In this document: piece by piece, positions 1-14,701 of the stretch
Layout of the letters: the number at the start of each line of letters is the position of its first letter
How positions within the stretch are numbered: the first letter of the stretch is position 1
Assembly: GCA_951804945.1 (NCBI GenBank)
Contig: OX638152.1
Span: 46,500,001-46,564,000 of the forward strand
Source of the DNA: Podarcis cretensis
Taxonomy: Eukaryota
Length of the DNA: 64,000 bases
Direction of reading: 5' to 3'
The notes under the pieces: generated by a model
Databases searched by the model: none
Told to the model about the DNA's origin: nothing
The model's input: the letters and a program-made list of their open reading frames with translations, nothing else
Program-made: the position numbers and the translations under genes

Positions 1-895
1 AGATTATGTGACATTCTGTGCTTGTGGGATACAATTATCACTAAACTAGTTCCATTAAATATGCTGCATGTGTTCAGTATTTGACATCACAGACACGAAA
101 ATACATTTTACTTATTTTTAAAAAACATATTAGTGGGTCACTTTTAATATCCATTTTCCATGCCTCAGATCTTCCCTGAAATTTCTGCACTGCTAGTTTT
201 TTTAGATGATAAAGGACATACTTTTTGTTTCTGTGCTCAAACAAGCTGTGCCGAAGGCAAAAAATAAGGCATTTGTATGCAGTGCATTCTACATTATATG
301 TGCATGTTCATCTATCTCAATAACTGACTGTCATCTTTGTGTGCATATGTCTTGCAGTGATAATAAGAGTCCTATCTTCCTCAAGATGTCAAGTTTTCTG
401 GGATAGATTTCTAGCTGTAGGCGGCTTTAGTGAAGCACTTCACACTGTGAACATGCTCCCTGTAGCCAATGATCATATTAGTCTGCCTAACACGGCTATA
501 TGGGAATCTTGCTTTTTTCCCACCACATGTGCTTCTGTCTTCAATCTAAATTATTATCATTTGTGATCTAAGTTCATAAGCCTCAGAGCACAGCTATGTT
601 AACTTTGTCCTACTTCTTGTTGTTCCATTGTGAAAAACATAAGTTGTCTCTTCATGGGCTGCTTCATATAAAGAGTGCGGGGGGCTGTGTGTGGTTTGAG
701 TACTTGGTAACTTTGGTAATTTAACATTAAAACATCAAATCATTATTGAATAACAATATTTATTCTAATTACTGTCTCCTGCTTCTCATCAAGTAGGGAG
801 TCATCACAGTCAATCATTTACATAATTGACAGCTATTGTATCACAGTTGGATACCATACTGGTGAAAAGGGAGTATTAGTGTTATTGCCCAAAAG

Positions 896-1146
896 CAGGG
901 GTCAGCAAACTTTTTCGGCAGGGGGCCGGTCCACTGTCCCTCAGACCTTGTGGGGGGCCGGACTATATTTTGAAAAAAATAAGTGAACAAATTCCTATGC
1001 CCCATAAATAACCCAGAGATGCATTTTAAATAAAAGGACACATTCTATTCATGTAAAAACATGCTGATTCCCAGACCATCCATGGGCCAGATTTAGAAGG
1101 CGATTGGGCCGGATCCAGCTCCTCGGCCTTAGTTTCCCTAGCCATG
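896..1146. mobile_element. Non-autonomous hAT (Charlie-like) MITE
   Basis: Ends CAGGGGTCAGCAAACT / AGTTTCCCTAGCCATG are imperfect inverted repeats; 8-bp flanks cccaaaag (888-895) and ctcaaaag (1147-1154). Confidence 0.85.
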
Positions 1147-1744
1147 CTCAAAAGGAACAGAGAAACAACTACTTCTTCATCATAGGCTTGCTGAAATACT
1201 GCTTTACAGTACTGATTTCATAAAAGTTGCTAAAGTAGATAAAACAAATGAATGCAAAGTTAGAATATCTGCAGAGTAAATTAAACAAAATTGTTTTTGT
1301 ACATATTTTGTTTAATCAGTAGGCTCAGATGATTTAACTGCAGAGTGTAGGTAGTGGATTGAATACAGAACTGGCCTTAATACACAGCATATTCGGGGGG
1401 GGGGGCAATACATTCATTGGTTTAATGATCTGGTGGAAAATAGGGGATAAGTCTAGAAAGGTTTTTAAGTGAGCTAGATACTTCTTGAAACATCTGTCCC
1501 TCTACCCTAGAAGAAGGCTGCTAAACATGTAGCTGTTGTTCTTCAGAAACACGTTTCTGAATACACTTTTTCATCATCAACAATATTGTCAGTTGGGCTT
1601 TGGAAATAGAACTGTATCATTATATTATGGTTTCTTCTTGTGGACTATTAGCTGAAACAGTTTTATTCATAATGAGAAAGATTGAATCATTATCCTTTGG
1701 TAAAATCTGATCCCTTATTAGTATTGCTGATGGTAGCCCTCAGC

Positions 1745-1863
1745 TTGTCAATATACCTCTTAAACTGTGGCACCCAGAACTGGACACAGTATTGAAGGTG
1801 GAGTCTGACCAAGGCAGGGTAGAGTGGTACTATTGTTTCCATTGATCAGGATGCTATACTTCT
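1745..1863 (-). mobile_element. CR1 LINE ORF2 fragment
   Basis: ggcacccagaactggacacagta...gtctgaccaaggcagggtagagtgg resembles the antisense of the CR1 YCVQFWAP region. Confidence 0.7.
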
Positions 1864-2071
1864 CCTGAACTGTTTGGGCTGTGTTGTATAGTACAAATCA
1901 CATGAAAATGGGTGGAGTGATCTTGCACAACTGTACAACACTGCACACACTGTTCAGAGGGTGCATGAACTCACAGGAGAAAAGCAAAAGTAGGTGTGTG
2001 AATTGTATTCTGCTTACACAACCGTTTGAGACTTATTATTACTACTAATTATTATTATTTTCTTGTTCTAG

Positions 2072-2215
<144 letters not shown>

Positions 2216-2694
2216 TAGTAGCATGATATAATGTAAAAAAATAAATACGGACTCCAAAGCTAAATATTGCCTTAAGGCTGGGTAAATGCATATTTTGATC
2301 ATGCCAAAAAGGTAACATTTCCTAAGTACCCTTGATTGCTCCAGCATAGACCATGGGACATTGGTCCTAGAACATTTGTTCTGTGTTTCTGCTTGCTAAC
2401 AAGGAAAAGTATATTGGGATAATAGTAGCTAGCCAACATGTAGGCAATTTGTCTATAACTTGGCAGGTTTCCTACTTATGGGTACTTCTCTTACGTATGG
2501 TATTTTTGTTTTAAAATGCCCGTAAAACAGGAAGGGGGATAAAGCAAATTCTCATTATTCACCCCAAAAATGTAAATGCTGCCCCTGCAGGAAAACTACC
2601 GCAACTTTCCTTTTAGAATTTGGCATGCATTGCATGTTTCATGTCCCCATCCTTTCTTTCACTCTAACCTGTGCTGCCCATTTGTTTCTTTCAG

Positions 2695-2833
2695 AAAGAC
2701 CATCATTTGTGAAGAGACCAAGTAATTTGGCAGTAACCGCAGATGACAGTGCAGAGTTTAATTGTGAAGCGCGTGGTGATCCAGTGCCAACAGTAAGGTG
2801 GCGGAAAGATGATGGAGAGCTACCTAAAGCAAG
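2695..2833 (+). CDS. ROBO1: ROBO1 exon, Ig3 first half ([47 protein letters not shown]), 139 nt, phase 1-2
   Basis: tttcag|AA acceptor, AAG|gtgcag donor; inside ORF 2625-2849. Confidence 0.96.
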
Positions 2834-4531
2834 GTGCAGCAGACTTTAATAATCTTCTACAAGAAATTGTGGTTTTGGTTTACTATGTGCTTGGAGTGAA
2901 ACAACCATAATGATGCCAGAAGAGCATGCCTAATAATTGATACAAGATTGTTCTACAGTAAATTGTGCACACTCTCTCATCTTACAAGTTTGAACTCCAC
3001 ACATAATTTAGCATGCTTAAAGTTGTTTTACTAATTTCACAAGAACATTTTATTCTGTTACAAAAAACAGTGGAACCCTAGATACCTCTGCGGTCTTTAT
3101 TATTGATTGAAATTTTATCTGGTATCATGTTTTAGTAAATGTGCTGTGGTCTTAAAGAAAGCTTCATTATTCTCTACTCTGTAATCCCAGGACCTAAGAT
3201 TTAGGTTGAAAGGCAGGTTATAAATTCTTAAGTAAATAAATTTAATTAAAGAAGCTTTAACCATTTCATCATCAGATGGCTAATCTGTTAATCTTTAGTC
3301 TGTTTAATTAATTTCATATTCATTTAATAACATCTTTCGAAAAGGCTTTCTTGACTTTCCGAGCCAGGGAAAATATAAGGGATAGAGCAATCCTGTTAAG
3401 TGAAAGATACTCATCTCCCACAACTTTCTGCCCTGCCCCCAAGATCATGCAAATTGTCTTGGTCCATTTTTACTTGTCAGCTTGATATTATGTTTTGAGA
3501 TGCTGTGTGATCAAGTGTCTTACTAAAGGCAACTCTGACATCCCTGCATTCCTTGAACAGAGCGTTCAATTAGTTTCACCCTTTGATTGCAGAGATTCTC
3601 GGTAGTGACCCCTTAAACACAGTGAAATGCATTTGTGCATAAAGATAGCATACTTAGGAGCTGTGAAAACTTGACACGAGGCTCCTGATAGTGTCCTATG
3701 TGAACTAGGAGGTACATGTGTGTTTCTAAAAAAAGACAATTATTCCTATTATCTCTTCATACGCTTTGACCAGTGTTAGTATGCCACATGCTTAGGTGAT
3801 GGAGCATAGCAAGTGAGTCCATGGTTGGCTCTATAGAGCCACTGATGTGTCTGTAAAGTATGCGAGAGCGCCCCCAAACATCTGGTGCGCCAGCAGCTTC
3901 TTCACTTCTGGCCATGCTAGCTGAGGTTCCAGCTGGAGAGAGACACAAAGTGTACACCAATCATATTGCTATAGTTGCAGCCTGAAGAATAGGCCACCTG
4001 GGGAATAACGAAAGCAGTGTATTTTGCTTGCCACTGTTAAGAAGGAGGGCTGCTCAAGGGGAGTTTCTTAGTCCTGCCTTGCCAGACTTATTTCAGAAGG
4101 AACAGAGAACAGGACTAAGCACATGATTGCTTCAGGAGTCAGAAACCAGGAAACTTTAAAAAGGTGCGCACGGTACATAAAAAATAGAATATATTAACTG
4201 ACCCTTGCATATTTAATCAATTAATTTCTTTGATCAAACAGTTTTAACTGTTTAAATATCTTCTTCTTCTTCTTCTAGATGATTAATGTTCTCACATAAA
4301 AAAGGAATGGTCATATCAGCATGAGAAGAAATATTAAATATATTTCTGTATACTGTATTGGACAAAAAGGCTGAAGGCTTGTTATGGTTCTCCATTTAGC
4401 TGAAATAGAATCATTGATGCCAATGCATATACCCTTGATAGCTTACAGTTATCTTGTTGGAGAAATCAGCCCTGCTCCACTCTCATATATAGCAGTATGA
4501 CAAATCAGTCTAATAGATTATTTCTCTTTGA

Positions 4532-4816
<285 letters not shown>

Positions 4817-4825
4817 TGAACTATT

Positions 4826-5032
4826 ACATATTAGGAAGAACTTCCTGACAGTAAGAGCTGTTCGACAGTGGAATTTGCTGCCAAGGAGTGTGGTGGAGTC
4901 TCCTTCTTTGGAGGTCTTTAAGCAGAGGCTTGACAACCATATGTCAGGAGTGCTCTGATGGTGTTTCCTGCTTGGCAGGGGGTTGGACTCAATGGCCCTT
5001 GTGGTCTCTTCCAACTCTATGATTCTATGATT
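4826..5032 (+). mobile_element. 5'-truncated CR1 LINE 3' end
   Basis: attaggaagaacttcctgacagtaagagctgtt...ggggttggactcaatggccc...ttccaactctatgattctatgatt with the CR1 (ATTCTATG)n tail. Confidence 0.9.
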
Positions 5033-6417
5033 TCAAATATCATTTTCTTTCGTGTGAAAAAAGTTATGCTTCATCATGGAAATGGAAAATGAAGGCATTT
5101 TGTATCCCAGTTGTCTGAGAAGCATGCTGTCTGTAATGCTAATGCTTTTAGAATTAAAAGGGATAAAACTTTTTCCGTTATATCCTCCTCATCATTCTAA
5201 ATGATTAAGTTCAAAAAAGAGGGGTTTTTTTATTAGTGGTGTCCAGTGTATTTTATTGAATGTAGTGCAGTTGCTAGAACAGTATCTTTCATACAGCTAA
5301 TGGAAACACAGGCTTTATTGATGCACTTCTACTTCTTAAAGAACACAACCTTGTTTTAGTATATCAAGCTGATTAATATAGTTATTCAGTCATTTCAAGT
5401 ATTAATGTGTGAAAACAGGTCACAGATGACTGTTTCTACTGCACTGTGAAATTCTAGTGGAACTCAATGAATGAGTATGTGTGAAAATCTGTCATTGGTT
5501 TTATATATACATTCCAGATGTTGACTCTTCAGATAATCCCTTGCTTCCCTTCCTGGCTAGAAGGCAGGCAATGATGTCATACCGTTTTGCCCGTCAGTTT
5601 AATATCTGTGATCTTCTGTCTTATTCCCGGTTCTTTGTATGATAGTCTCTAGTCTCTGATGTATCTGGACTTCAGTATTTCTTAAAACTTATTTTGATAT
5701 TTTTTTATTTCAGTACTGTGCCTATTTGTTGTTGTTTTGCTTTGTGGTTTACACTGAGTTCATTGTTCACTTGACTGTGCATAAAAATGCATACTTTCTA
5801 GACTGGGTTTTTTATTTCTCAGGCTTTGATGTTAAATTGAACAGCTTAATGCTAGAACAATAGGTCCCATTTTAGTTGTAAGGTGGGAAAACTTTTATGA
5901 GTCATTGCAACAATTTGATTTAAGAATCATTCTATACTTTATCTACTGTCTGCTTATTGCGGTCTGAAGTTTAAGGGAGCACAGACTATGTTTCATAGCA
6001 GAGAACTATATAGTCTTTTGATTCCTGCATGTGGTTCTTTGCTTTGTATATGAAGAAAACAGATGTGTAACAAAGCTTTACCATAAGATTACTGCCCTCA
6101 AATTTTCCTTCATTTGCAAATATTTTCTACAAATCAATTTGAATTGATAAAGTTTTCCAGTACGAAGATCTGGTTGTCTTTTCAGGAATAGCATGCTTGG
6201 ATACTTTTAAGAGTTTCCTTTGCTGAAGCATAAATTTGTAATTACATGAAGACATCTGAAATAAAAAATCTGCAAGTAGTTTGGATGCCATGAAATCCAA
6301 AAGGCATACTTAAGCGAAACATAACTTTTTATGTACATGTCTGTAGACTAGGACCAAAGTTTCTCAAGTTCTAAAGTGATTTGCAATGGGGCATAAACCA
6401 GAATATTTAATTAAATC

Positions 6418-6528
6418 AAGAACGGGGAATCTGTGACTCTTCGGATGTTGCTGGACTACAACTCCCATAATCGCTGATCACTGGAAATGCTAGCTGGAGT
6501 CGGAGTCCAGCAACAACCAGAGGGCCAT
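6418..6528. mobile_element. Degraded copy of the short palindromic hAT MITE
   Basis: gatgttgctggactacaactcccat...agtccagcaacaaccagagggcca, related to 15958-16093. Confidence 0.6.
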
Positions 6529-6816
6529 TGATAATATTGGTAGGCCAGTATATCTGTGAATTTGGTTTTCAGTTTGCAAAGCTAAGGTATGATAAAAGTA
6601 AAAAAGAATTAGAAATTTCATGTGTTGTTGTTGCTGTTTTTGGAAGCGGGGGAAATGTGATTGTAGGGGACCTGAATTGTATCTCATATAGTTTTCTCCT
6701 AGGCAAGCATAAACATGTCAAAGGATGTAAAATATGCATAAAGTTAGGAACAGCTTAAAAAACCTTTCTGCCATTAAGAGCAATGGAGCAATTTTTGTTC
6801 TTAGAAGGGACTTGGG

Positions 6817-7063
6817 CAGGGCTGTAGCTAGGGGGTGGTGAGGTGGGCCCCCGCCAGGGGTGCAGGCAAGGGGGGGCACAAAATTGGCTAGAAATATATC
6901 TATAAATAAAAATATTGATTAGTATGTGAGGAATTGAAATTGAATGGGTGGAATGGGGGGGGGGTCGGAGGAGAGGTGGAAAGAAAAGCTAATTTGTCTG
7001 TGGCTAGTGGGTGCAATCTGGACAGTTCTGCCAAGGGCACAGGATCACCTAGCTATGGCTCTA
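6817..7063. mobile_element. hAT-type MITE with G-rich interior
   Basis: Inverted ends CAGGGCTGTAGCTAGG / CCTAGCTATGGCTCTA; 8-bp flanks gacttggg and cacctggg (6/8 identical). Confidence 0.7.
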
Positions 7064-8642
7064 CACCTGGGAAAACTCAGAAGGCACTCACTCAGTGGGC
7101 AAAGGGAACTGTACTGAAGTTATTTCCTGGCAGTGAAGTGATCAAAGGATCCTTGGGGACAAACTGGACTTGGAAATGAGCATCTTACAAATTCAGTATT
7201 GTCCAATTGCAATGATCAGTGTCCTTGCTTCAAGGATTGGGTACTGGCACAGGAGAGAATTGGAATCGAGGAAGTAATACAGTGAAGCATTTTCTTCCCA
7301 TTGAAAACGTGCTATCAGCAGTTTAGTACCAATGGACAGTTTACTTGCTCACCTACCATTTCCCCCCTGAAGTCACTGCATGGGCTTATGCTAGGCTGAA
7401 TGTGAACTTGACTTGAAATTATTTGTAAAATTTCAAGCAACTCTAATGACAGAGCTGTATGCTTGTCTTTAAATGGTAGTAGTTTTTTTCTTATTTGCCA
7501 TGAACAGTTCTCTAGTTTCTCTTAGTATATAAATTCAAAGAGTTATAATCATTTTGGACCTAGTTCCTTTCCAAGTAAATTTCTATATCGAAGAAGAAAA
7601 TGATTGTATCTCGTTATATGAAGGATTGAAAATGGATTTCCATCTTTAATCTATTTGCCAAGCAATCAGTGGTTATCTAAAAAAAACAAACCCAAGCCAT
7701 TAAAAAATCTAAACCCACTCTTGTTTGTTTTTGTCTTGATAACACATAAAAGGTATCTAAATCCATTATCTTTTCTTAGAATTTGTTTTTGTGTGGACAG
7801 TTTACAGCTTTCAGTATGCATTGCAATTTCTTATTAAGGGAAAGGTCTCTTGCTGAATGTTACAAATGGCATCTTCTCTGTTTAAAACAGGTTTATGAAC
7901 TGCTGTTCTACTCTGGATTATAACTGAGTACTGATCTTCATTTTATAGACCCAATATAAAGTCCACCAAAATGTTTCGGCATGGCAGCTTTCCCACAAAA
8001 TGGTTGTAAAATGTAGCACGGCTTAGTACATGGGTTCTCTGCAGCACATAGAGAGTCTCCACTCCTCCAATTCAAGGTTTATGGAAGCAGATGGTACTTA
8101 CATGAAGAATCTGAAAAATGTGGAGAACCCCTGTGTTAAACAGTTCTACAAGCCACAACCTCTATAAAGAGAAACAGCCATATGGAAGCATTTTTCAGTG
8201 GTTTCACCTTTCAGGGTTTCATATTTTAATCTGCCTTCAGAGGGAATGTAGAGCAAAAGACTACCCAGCTAGACCCAAGCAAATCCACCACAAACTGGAA
8301 TGAGAGCTTATTCAAGTGTTCACATGATACGTTTCTCACAGCGGTGCAGCTTATATTATACACGGGTTAACCCCCCCCCAAACAAAATTACCTGCAAACG
8401 CATAATTAACAGGTTGGAGAAACAGGCAGCGTAGCCCATTTCTCCGATACACTGCCCTTCCATAAAGAGGCTGTGGTTGCTTGCAGCATTGGGTCATAAG
8501 CCATAGTTAGTCAAAGTAGCCTATGCAGGAGCTGTGTAATGGTGCATGTAGCACAAGCAGTCCCAACTTTGCTCCTCCCTTTCTAGAGTGAGGAAGTAAA
8601 CCACAGAGGAGCTGACTGAAAGTTAAATGTGCTAACCAGCAC

Positions 8643-8815
8643 ACATAAAAACACCAAGAAAGCCTTGCCTGATCCTGAGATCCTGATCCAGCATCCTGTT
8701 CTCACAGTGACCAACCACATATGCCTCTGAGAAGCTTGCAAACAGCCGAGAGTACAATATCACTCTCTGCATTTGTGATTCCCAGCAACTGAAGTACAGA
8801 GGCATATTGCCTCTT
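8643..8815 (-). mobile_element. CR1-family 3' UTR fragment
   Basis: tccagcatcctgttctcacagtgaccaacc...cccagcaactg...agaggcatattgcctct; antisense to 20070-20304. Confidence 0.7.
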
Positions 8816-8890
8816 ACATTGGTTTCTCTCAGAATAAGCCACAAGCTGAAGATAAGGTTTGTTCTTGGATTACTACTACCACTTGTGGCT

Positions 8891-9027
8891 TCATGGAATG
8901 GCAGTGCTGGATAGGACCCAGAGGGTCATCTAATCCAACCTCCTGCAATGCAGGGATCTTTTTGCCAAATGTGGGGTTCAAACCCACAACACTGAGATCA
9001 AGAGTTTCATGCTCTGCCCACTGGGCT
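8891..9027 (-). mobile_element. tRNA-Lys-derived SINE with CR1-like tail (lacertid P.s.1/SINE type)
   Basis: Reverse strand reads agcccagtgggcagagcatgaaactcttgatctcagtgttgtgggtttgaaccccac (tRNA-Lys-like, A/B boxes) then ggttggattagatgaccct...attccatga (CR1 tail). Confidence 0.8.
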
Positions 9028-12000
9028 TTCAGTCAGGTGTGAGTTACAGAAACACACCACGGGTGATGATTTGCATGTAATGCTAAGCTAGCCACTTCAC
9101 AGTTGCCACTCTAGGGGATAAATTGGAGGAGAGAGTATGTTATGCACAGGGAAACAAATCAAAAATAATTTTTTCACATAGACATGAAGATGGTATAATT
9201 GCACAGTATCTGTACCACATGCTTCTTCTGAGTGCTTGAATTCTGCATTAGACATGTGACCCAAATGAAATTAAACTTAAGGGATGAGGTTTCAGGCAAT
9301 ATTTCAAAGAAGCATATTAATTAAGAACTTGCAAGGTATATCAGTTCTGTGTTCCCTCCCCAATATTATTAGCTCTGCCTTCTCTGTAAGGAAAGGTGTG
9401 CTAGCCTTTTGATTCTGCTTCTTTCCCCCCTCAACCCTCACAATGCCTAAATTCCACTTGTGTAAGCTCCAAATGAAATGGATATATATTCCCCATATGC
9501 TACTATAACACCTTGATTTTCTCTTCCTATATATCTGTTTTAATGTGTTTAGGATTACAGTAGATATTTACCTTCTTCAAATTCCATGGAGGTTTATATT
9601 TTATTAGCTAGAAGTCACTTTCCTATCCAATAATCAGCATTAAACTCTATACATATTCCTTTGATGGGAAAGATCAAGAGCTTATGTATTACATACACAC
9701 ACTACTTTGCAAATTTCAACTAATTACACAGAACATTTGCATCTTGAATTGCTTGTAGAGACAGAAGTTGCCAAGGAGCAGTTTCAAACTCAGTAGGTGG
9801 AGAACCATTTGTTAACTAGATGTGAGTTCAAAGATATGGGACATTTCAGCTCACATTCTTCCCATTGCTTTTCTGTGATTCAATTTTCAATAAACAATTT
9901 GTAATAAAAGTTTTCATATGCAGAAATCAGTGAACTGCTTAATTAGTGTCTGCCTTATTCTTTCTTGATAGAACTGCTTTGTTGAGGAGAAAATGGAATG
10001 GGCTTTTATTTGTATGGTTTTGAATTCATTTTATTTTATTAAAAACACTTTGCTCTTTCTGCCATAGCCAAGATTTGCCAAATAAGATTTGCATTAAAAA
10101 CTTCAATTACAATATGGTTATTGAAAACTGAATCAGAGACAAGAGATTAAAAGAATGTGAGATGAAATGCATCCCTGACTACTACCTCAAAGCACATGGT
10201 CCAAGAGAGTTTTGACAAGCCATAGTCTACAAACTCTTTCCAAAAGGATGGATCTTTTGCATCTATGAGGAAGACAGAGTTTCATAAGTTGGTTACACAC
10301 ATTTCTTTTATTTTGTGTTGTTTAACAAAATTTATATATCACTTACTCAACAGAAAATCTGTAAGTGGCTGACAAAAATACAAATTTTAAAACAAAAAGC
10401 AAACGTAAGTTGACATTTTTCTTTCAAAATATAAATAAAATTAGCAATTTTAAAACAATTATACTTAATAAAATTGATGCTATGGTTACATGACCAGAAA
10501 GGCTTCCCAAAACAAAAAAGTTCCTGTAAAGTTCAAATCTTATTACTATACTTAATTTATTTACATTACTGGTTGCTTTATAAATTGGCAGCCTTTCTAT
10601 GCCATTTGCCAAGTTGTCTTTATTGCCAACGTGTCGGTTTTTTTGTAACCTAAAAAGGCAGTCAGTGGAGGCAGGTGGGGGCTAGCTGAGGGCCCCACCA
10701 ACTTCAATATGCCCTCAGCCAGCCCCTACCTGCCTACCTTCCTGTTTACTTCCAGCCCAAGGGTAGAACTGCCTATCAGCTTCCTCCTCCATAATCTCAG
10801 GGTTGCCCTCTTAGAACTTAGCAGGCAGGAGCAAAGGGATAAAACACGAATTAGTTGGCTGCTCCTGTAAGTGGCTATGGATCACTTCTGCACTACCAGT
10901 CGCAATGGGCACCAGGCAGTACTGTAGACACCTGACTATCCAATCTTAAGTGTCACGTTGCGACTTGAAAAGCATATTAAACTTAACAACTGATGTCCTT
11001 GTACGTTTTACTGTAGTTCAGGGTAACTTCTTGGGATACTGATAAAATCACTAACCTGGACTCTTTGTGAGGCCTTCCACACAAGATTTCTCACCTACAT
11101 TAATTTTCTTATAATGGGGCATTTTTGTCCACCTCTTTAGGGTGCAAGTTCTTTCCAAGCCAGCTGGCTTCAGTCATAATTACACTTAGAAAAAGAAACT
11201 CCTAAGGGTGAAAAAAGCCCCAAAGGTATAACTTTCAAGCAAATGAGATCTTTCACAAAGAGATTTTCCACATGGAAACTATTAACACCTATTTAACACA
11301 ATTAAAGCATTATTTTCCAAAATGGCTTAACAGATTGGGGCTGTTGGATGATTACTGCAGAAAACTCCAAAGGTTCATATTTTAACTCATTCAGGTCAGA
11401 AACCACAATGTTGTTGTAGTAGTAATCTACTATAGTGTTGTAGCAGTTAAAACTGTACCATGGAGAGAATCCCCAAAGAAAAGCTCTAAATTTAAACACC
11501 CACCTTTAGAAAGCTAGTATTTATTTATTTACAGGCAGTCCACTGGTGGACTGTGATTTGGAAGGCTGCAACTGTGATAGTCACTAGAAACTGTCACAAA
11601 CAAGATCTGTTTTGGGTTTTGGTTTTGTTTAAAAAGGCATTTTAATAACATACCTTCCCACTCAATACATTGCCAACTGCTCTTGAGTTTGAAATCTGGA
11701 GTGGTATATGAAGGGCTGCTCAAAGCAAACATACTCCAAAGTCCTGTTGGGCATGCAGAATTCCTGATATTTACCTAACTGAGCACTGTGTATTGCAAAC
11801 TAACATCATACAAGCACCATGTGTATATGGATCACCTTTGTGTGAAATGCCACTGCAATACTCTTCTGAAAGCTCTGTCCCCTCCTTTTTTAATTAAACG
11901 ACATCCCTCTTGGGTTCCAATGGAAGCAGATGAGACAGCCCTTGGTGACAGATATATTCCATACCACACACTGGCTTCAAAATTTGGCACTTCTTTACAG

Positions 12001-14261
12001 AAAAATAAATGATGCAAAATACCTTTTTGGTTGTGCATCTTAAAGGAAGAACCATTTTACCTTAAATGACTGCTACAAACCATGACAGTACTTTAGATTT
12101 CTATCAATGATCTTAGAAGTCTGGCAGCTCCCTCCCTCTTACAAGCAAACTGATAAAAATCTTTAAAACTAATGAAATAGAAAGGTAATTTTATGAGCTC
12201 AGTTTGATGAATAGAGAACAATTGGAAGCTGGTGTGTTTATGAAGACTTATGGAGGATTCAAAAGCCCCCAAAGGAGCTATTTTTCTATTAAGTGTAGAG
12301 TACAATAGATTATTTTTCCTGCGGTTGCTAAAAATTCAATAAAAGAATTAATATTGAGTAGTTGATCAATGTTTTGTAACACAATTTGTAAATACATTGA
12401 AGCTGTTAAAAGCTTTCACTGATAAATAGCATCAGCACATTGAAGTAGATCTTCATGCAATGCCTTACATAAATGTGTGGGTGTTTTAACTACAAACATG
12501 GCTCCTTTGACACAGCTCAGAATTGTTTTTTCTTTTCTTTTTTTGCTCTCAGGTGGTTAAGGAAACAACCTATGGTCATAATTATTTGTCTTGGAAAGAC
12601 CACTAAACCTGAGAAAGCTTCCTCTTAGCACTCCCCTTGATAAAGGGAAGAATGGCTGTCATCAGAGAGGCTAGTACAGGTTTTCACCCTGATCCAAGAT
12701 TTCTGTGTAAGGTGTAGACCAGGGATATGTAGCCTTTTGGGAAACCTAATTGTTGTGGACACTACAAAATAACAATTTCGCTTAAGAAAACCCAGTAGTA
12801 CTCAGAATCAACCCCTCCCCACCACAATAGAAAAAGTTCACATACACACTAAAAACAAATAAAATAGATTAAGAAATGGGCAATACAGCTTTAAAATAGG
12901 CAACACAGAGACCCTCCCCAAAACATCAGAAAAGCCAAAGTCCTCTATTCGTATTTTTTTTAACTGGCACTAGGCCTTTGCAGGCAACAAGTAGAAATAT
13001 CCAAATACGCTACAGTCCCCACAGGTAGTACACCTGAGCTCCTCAGTTGTAGATACTGGTAATCTCTTCCTAGAATGCTTAAGATTGCCTCTGTAGGGAA
13101 TCCACTGCTACAGAGGACCTGAGAAATGGAGTTGCAAATGTTTCCCATCTTAATCAGCCTAGATTAAACATATTGGGAATTGTATTTGCTAGGGCTTCTG
13201 GTGGCAGTCTTCACTATGCTGGGAGGAAACGTACCAGCATCTAAACAAGTGCTCTTGGAGGCTGAGAGAAGCCCACAACAGCTTTCACTGAAGATATCCC
13301 AGTTTCTCCAGTTTGGCTGCAGTGTAGGGATGGGTGAATCTCTCCATTTTGGTTTTTCTCTATTTCCGTGCTGAAGCGGAGGGGCAGATGGAGAAATCTG
13401 TATAATGAATGATTTGTATAATATTTCTGCTTCAATAATTGCTGATTTTTGTGTAGGGATGTATTTTTATTGTTGTGACCTGTCCTGAGATCATTCTGAG
13501 GCTGAAGGATAGGACCTAAGCGTTCCAAGTAGAAATAAAAAGTACATTTATAATAGTGCAGAGCTAATGGTAGTTACCCACAGTGTCACAAACATGAAAC
13601 ATGCCAGGTTTTCAAGAGCATCACATACACATTGATCAACATGAACATTAAGGTTCTGTAGTAGCAAGACTAGTCACTGTTTCTACAGTGTCTAAAGCAC
13701 AGTTTGCACCAAACAAATGTGAATAATAACCCTAATAACGATAAAGTTACATATATTTTTGCTCTAACCCTATAGAGAAACAATCAAAAATTCTTATGCA
13801 GTATGTTAACTTTCCAGATAATGATGGTTTCATAAGTTCTGGCCCTGCCAGTGCATACTGAATACTCCAGTAAGTTTGTGGTTCATCTTTACTTGAAAAG
13901 AAATATGAAACAACTTGCAGTAGTCTGCCATATGTGAGCTTCTGAATGCAAAGCTCCCTAGTCCACATTTCTTTTGAAACTGTATCTGTTTCAGCCTATG
14001 GTGATCATTCTTAAGTATCACAAGGACTACTAAAGGTCAAAAATCACTTCACTCTAATGATTTATTGAATACGCTTGATTTCATTGTTTGGTAGCCATTG
14101 ATCAATGAATTATTGCTGGTCTTGCCCACAGATTTAATTTATTATCTATAGTTTTCCTTGAAATTTTACATTTCAGACTACAGTTTGTATGTTTTTTGTC
14201 AAGGAACAAAGAATGTATTTACTGCAAGGGGCACAGCTATGTAAAAAAGTATGCTGTAGAC

Positions 14262-14701
14262 CAATGGTTCCCAAACTCCCAACCCCCGCCCAGGACCACA
14301 TGAAAATTGGTGATAGTTTAGGTGCATTTTGTAATGATTTTTCTGCCTGTTATAGCCATTGTAACATGCTGTGCTAGATGCTGTATGATTTTAATTGTAT
14401 TTTAACTGATTCTTTTGTTTCTTATATTGTATTGCATTTTGAATTCCATCCTATGCAAAATAAAATAAGCAATGAAGATACATTTAAAATCCAATGTGAA
14501 ATTAAAAAACAACAACTGAATAACCAAAACAGACAATACACATGAAGAGAAAAACAATAACAGAATAATATAGAAAAATCAATGTGAATATTTAATGGAC
14601 AATCTGAATGAACTCTTAAAACTCATTATTTTTCTCTGTAATCTTTGCACACCTTAATCTGTACTCAGTTGCAGCACAGTGAGCTTTGTTGGAAACCCCA
14701 G
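14262..14701. mobile_element. Degraded hAT non-autonomous element
   Basis: Left end CAATGGTTCCCAAACT after ctgtagac; right end gttggaaaccccag; TSD not recovered. Confidence 0.45.

Noticed and set aside
8955-9027. tRNA-Lys gene on the minus strand
   Set aside because: Stems are degenerate and it runs directly into a CR1-like tail: a SINE head
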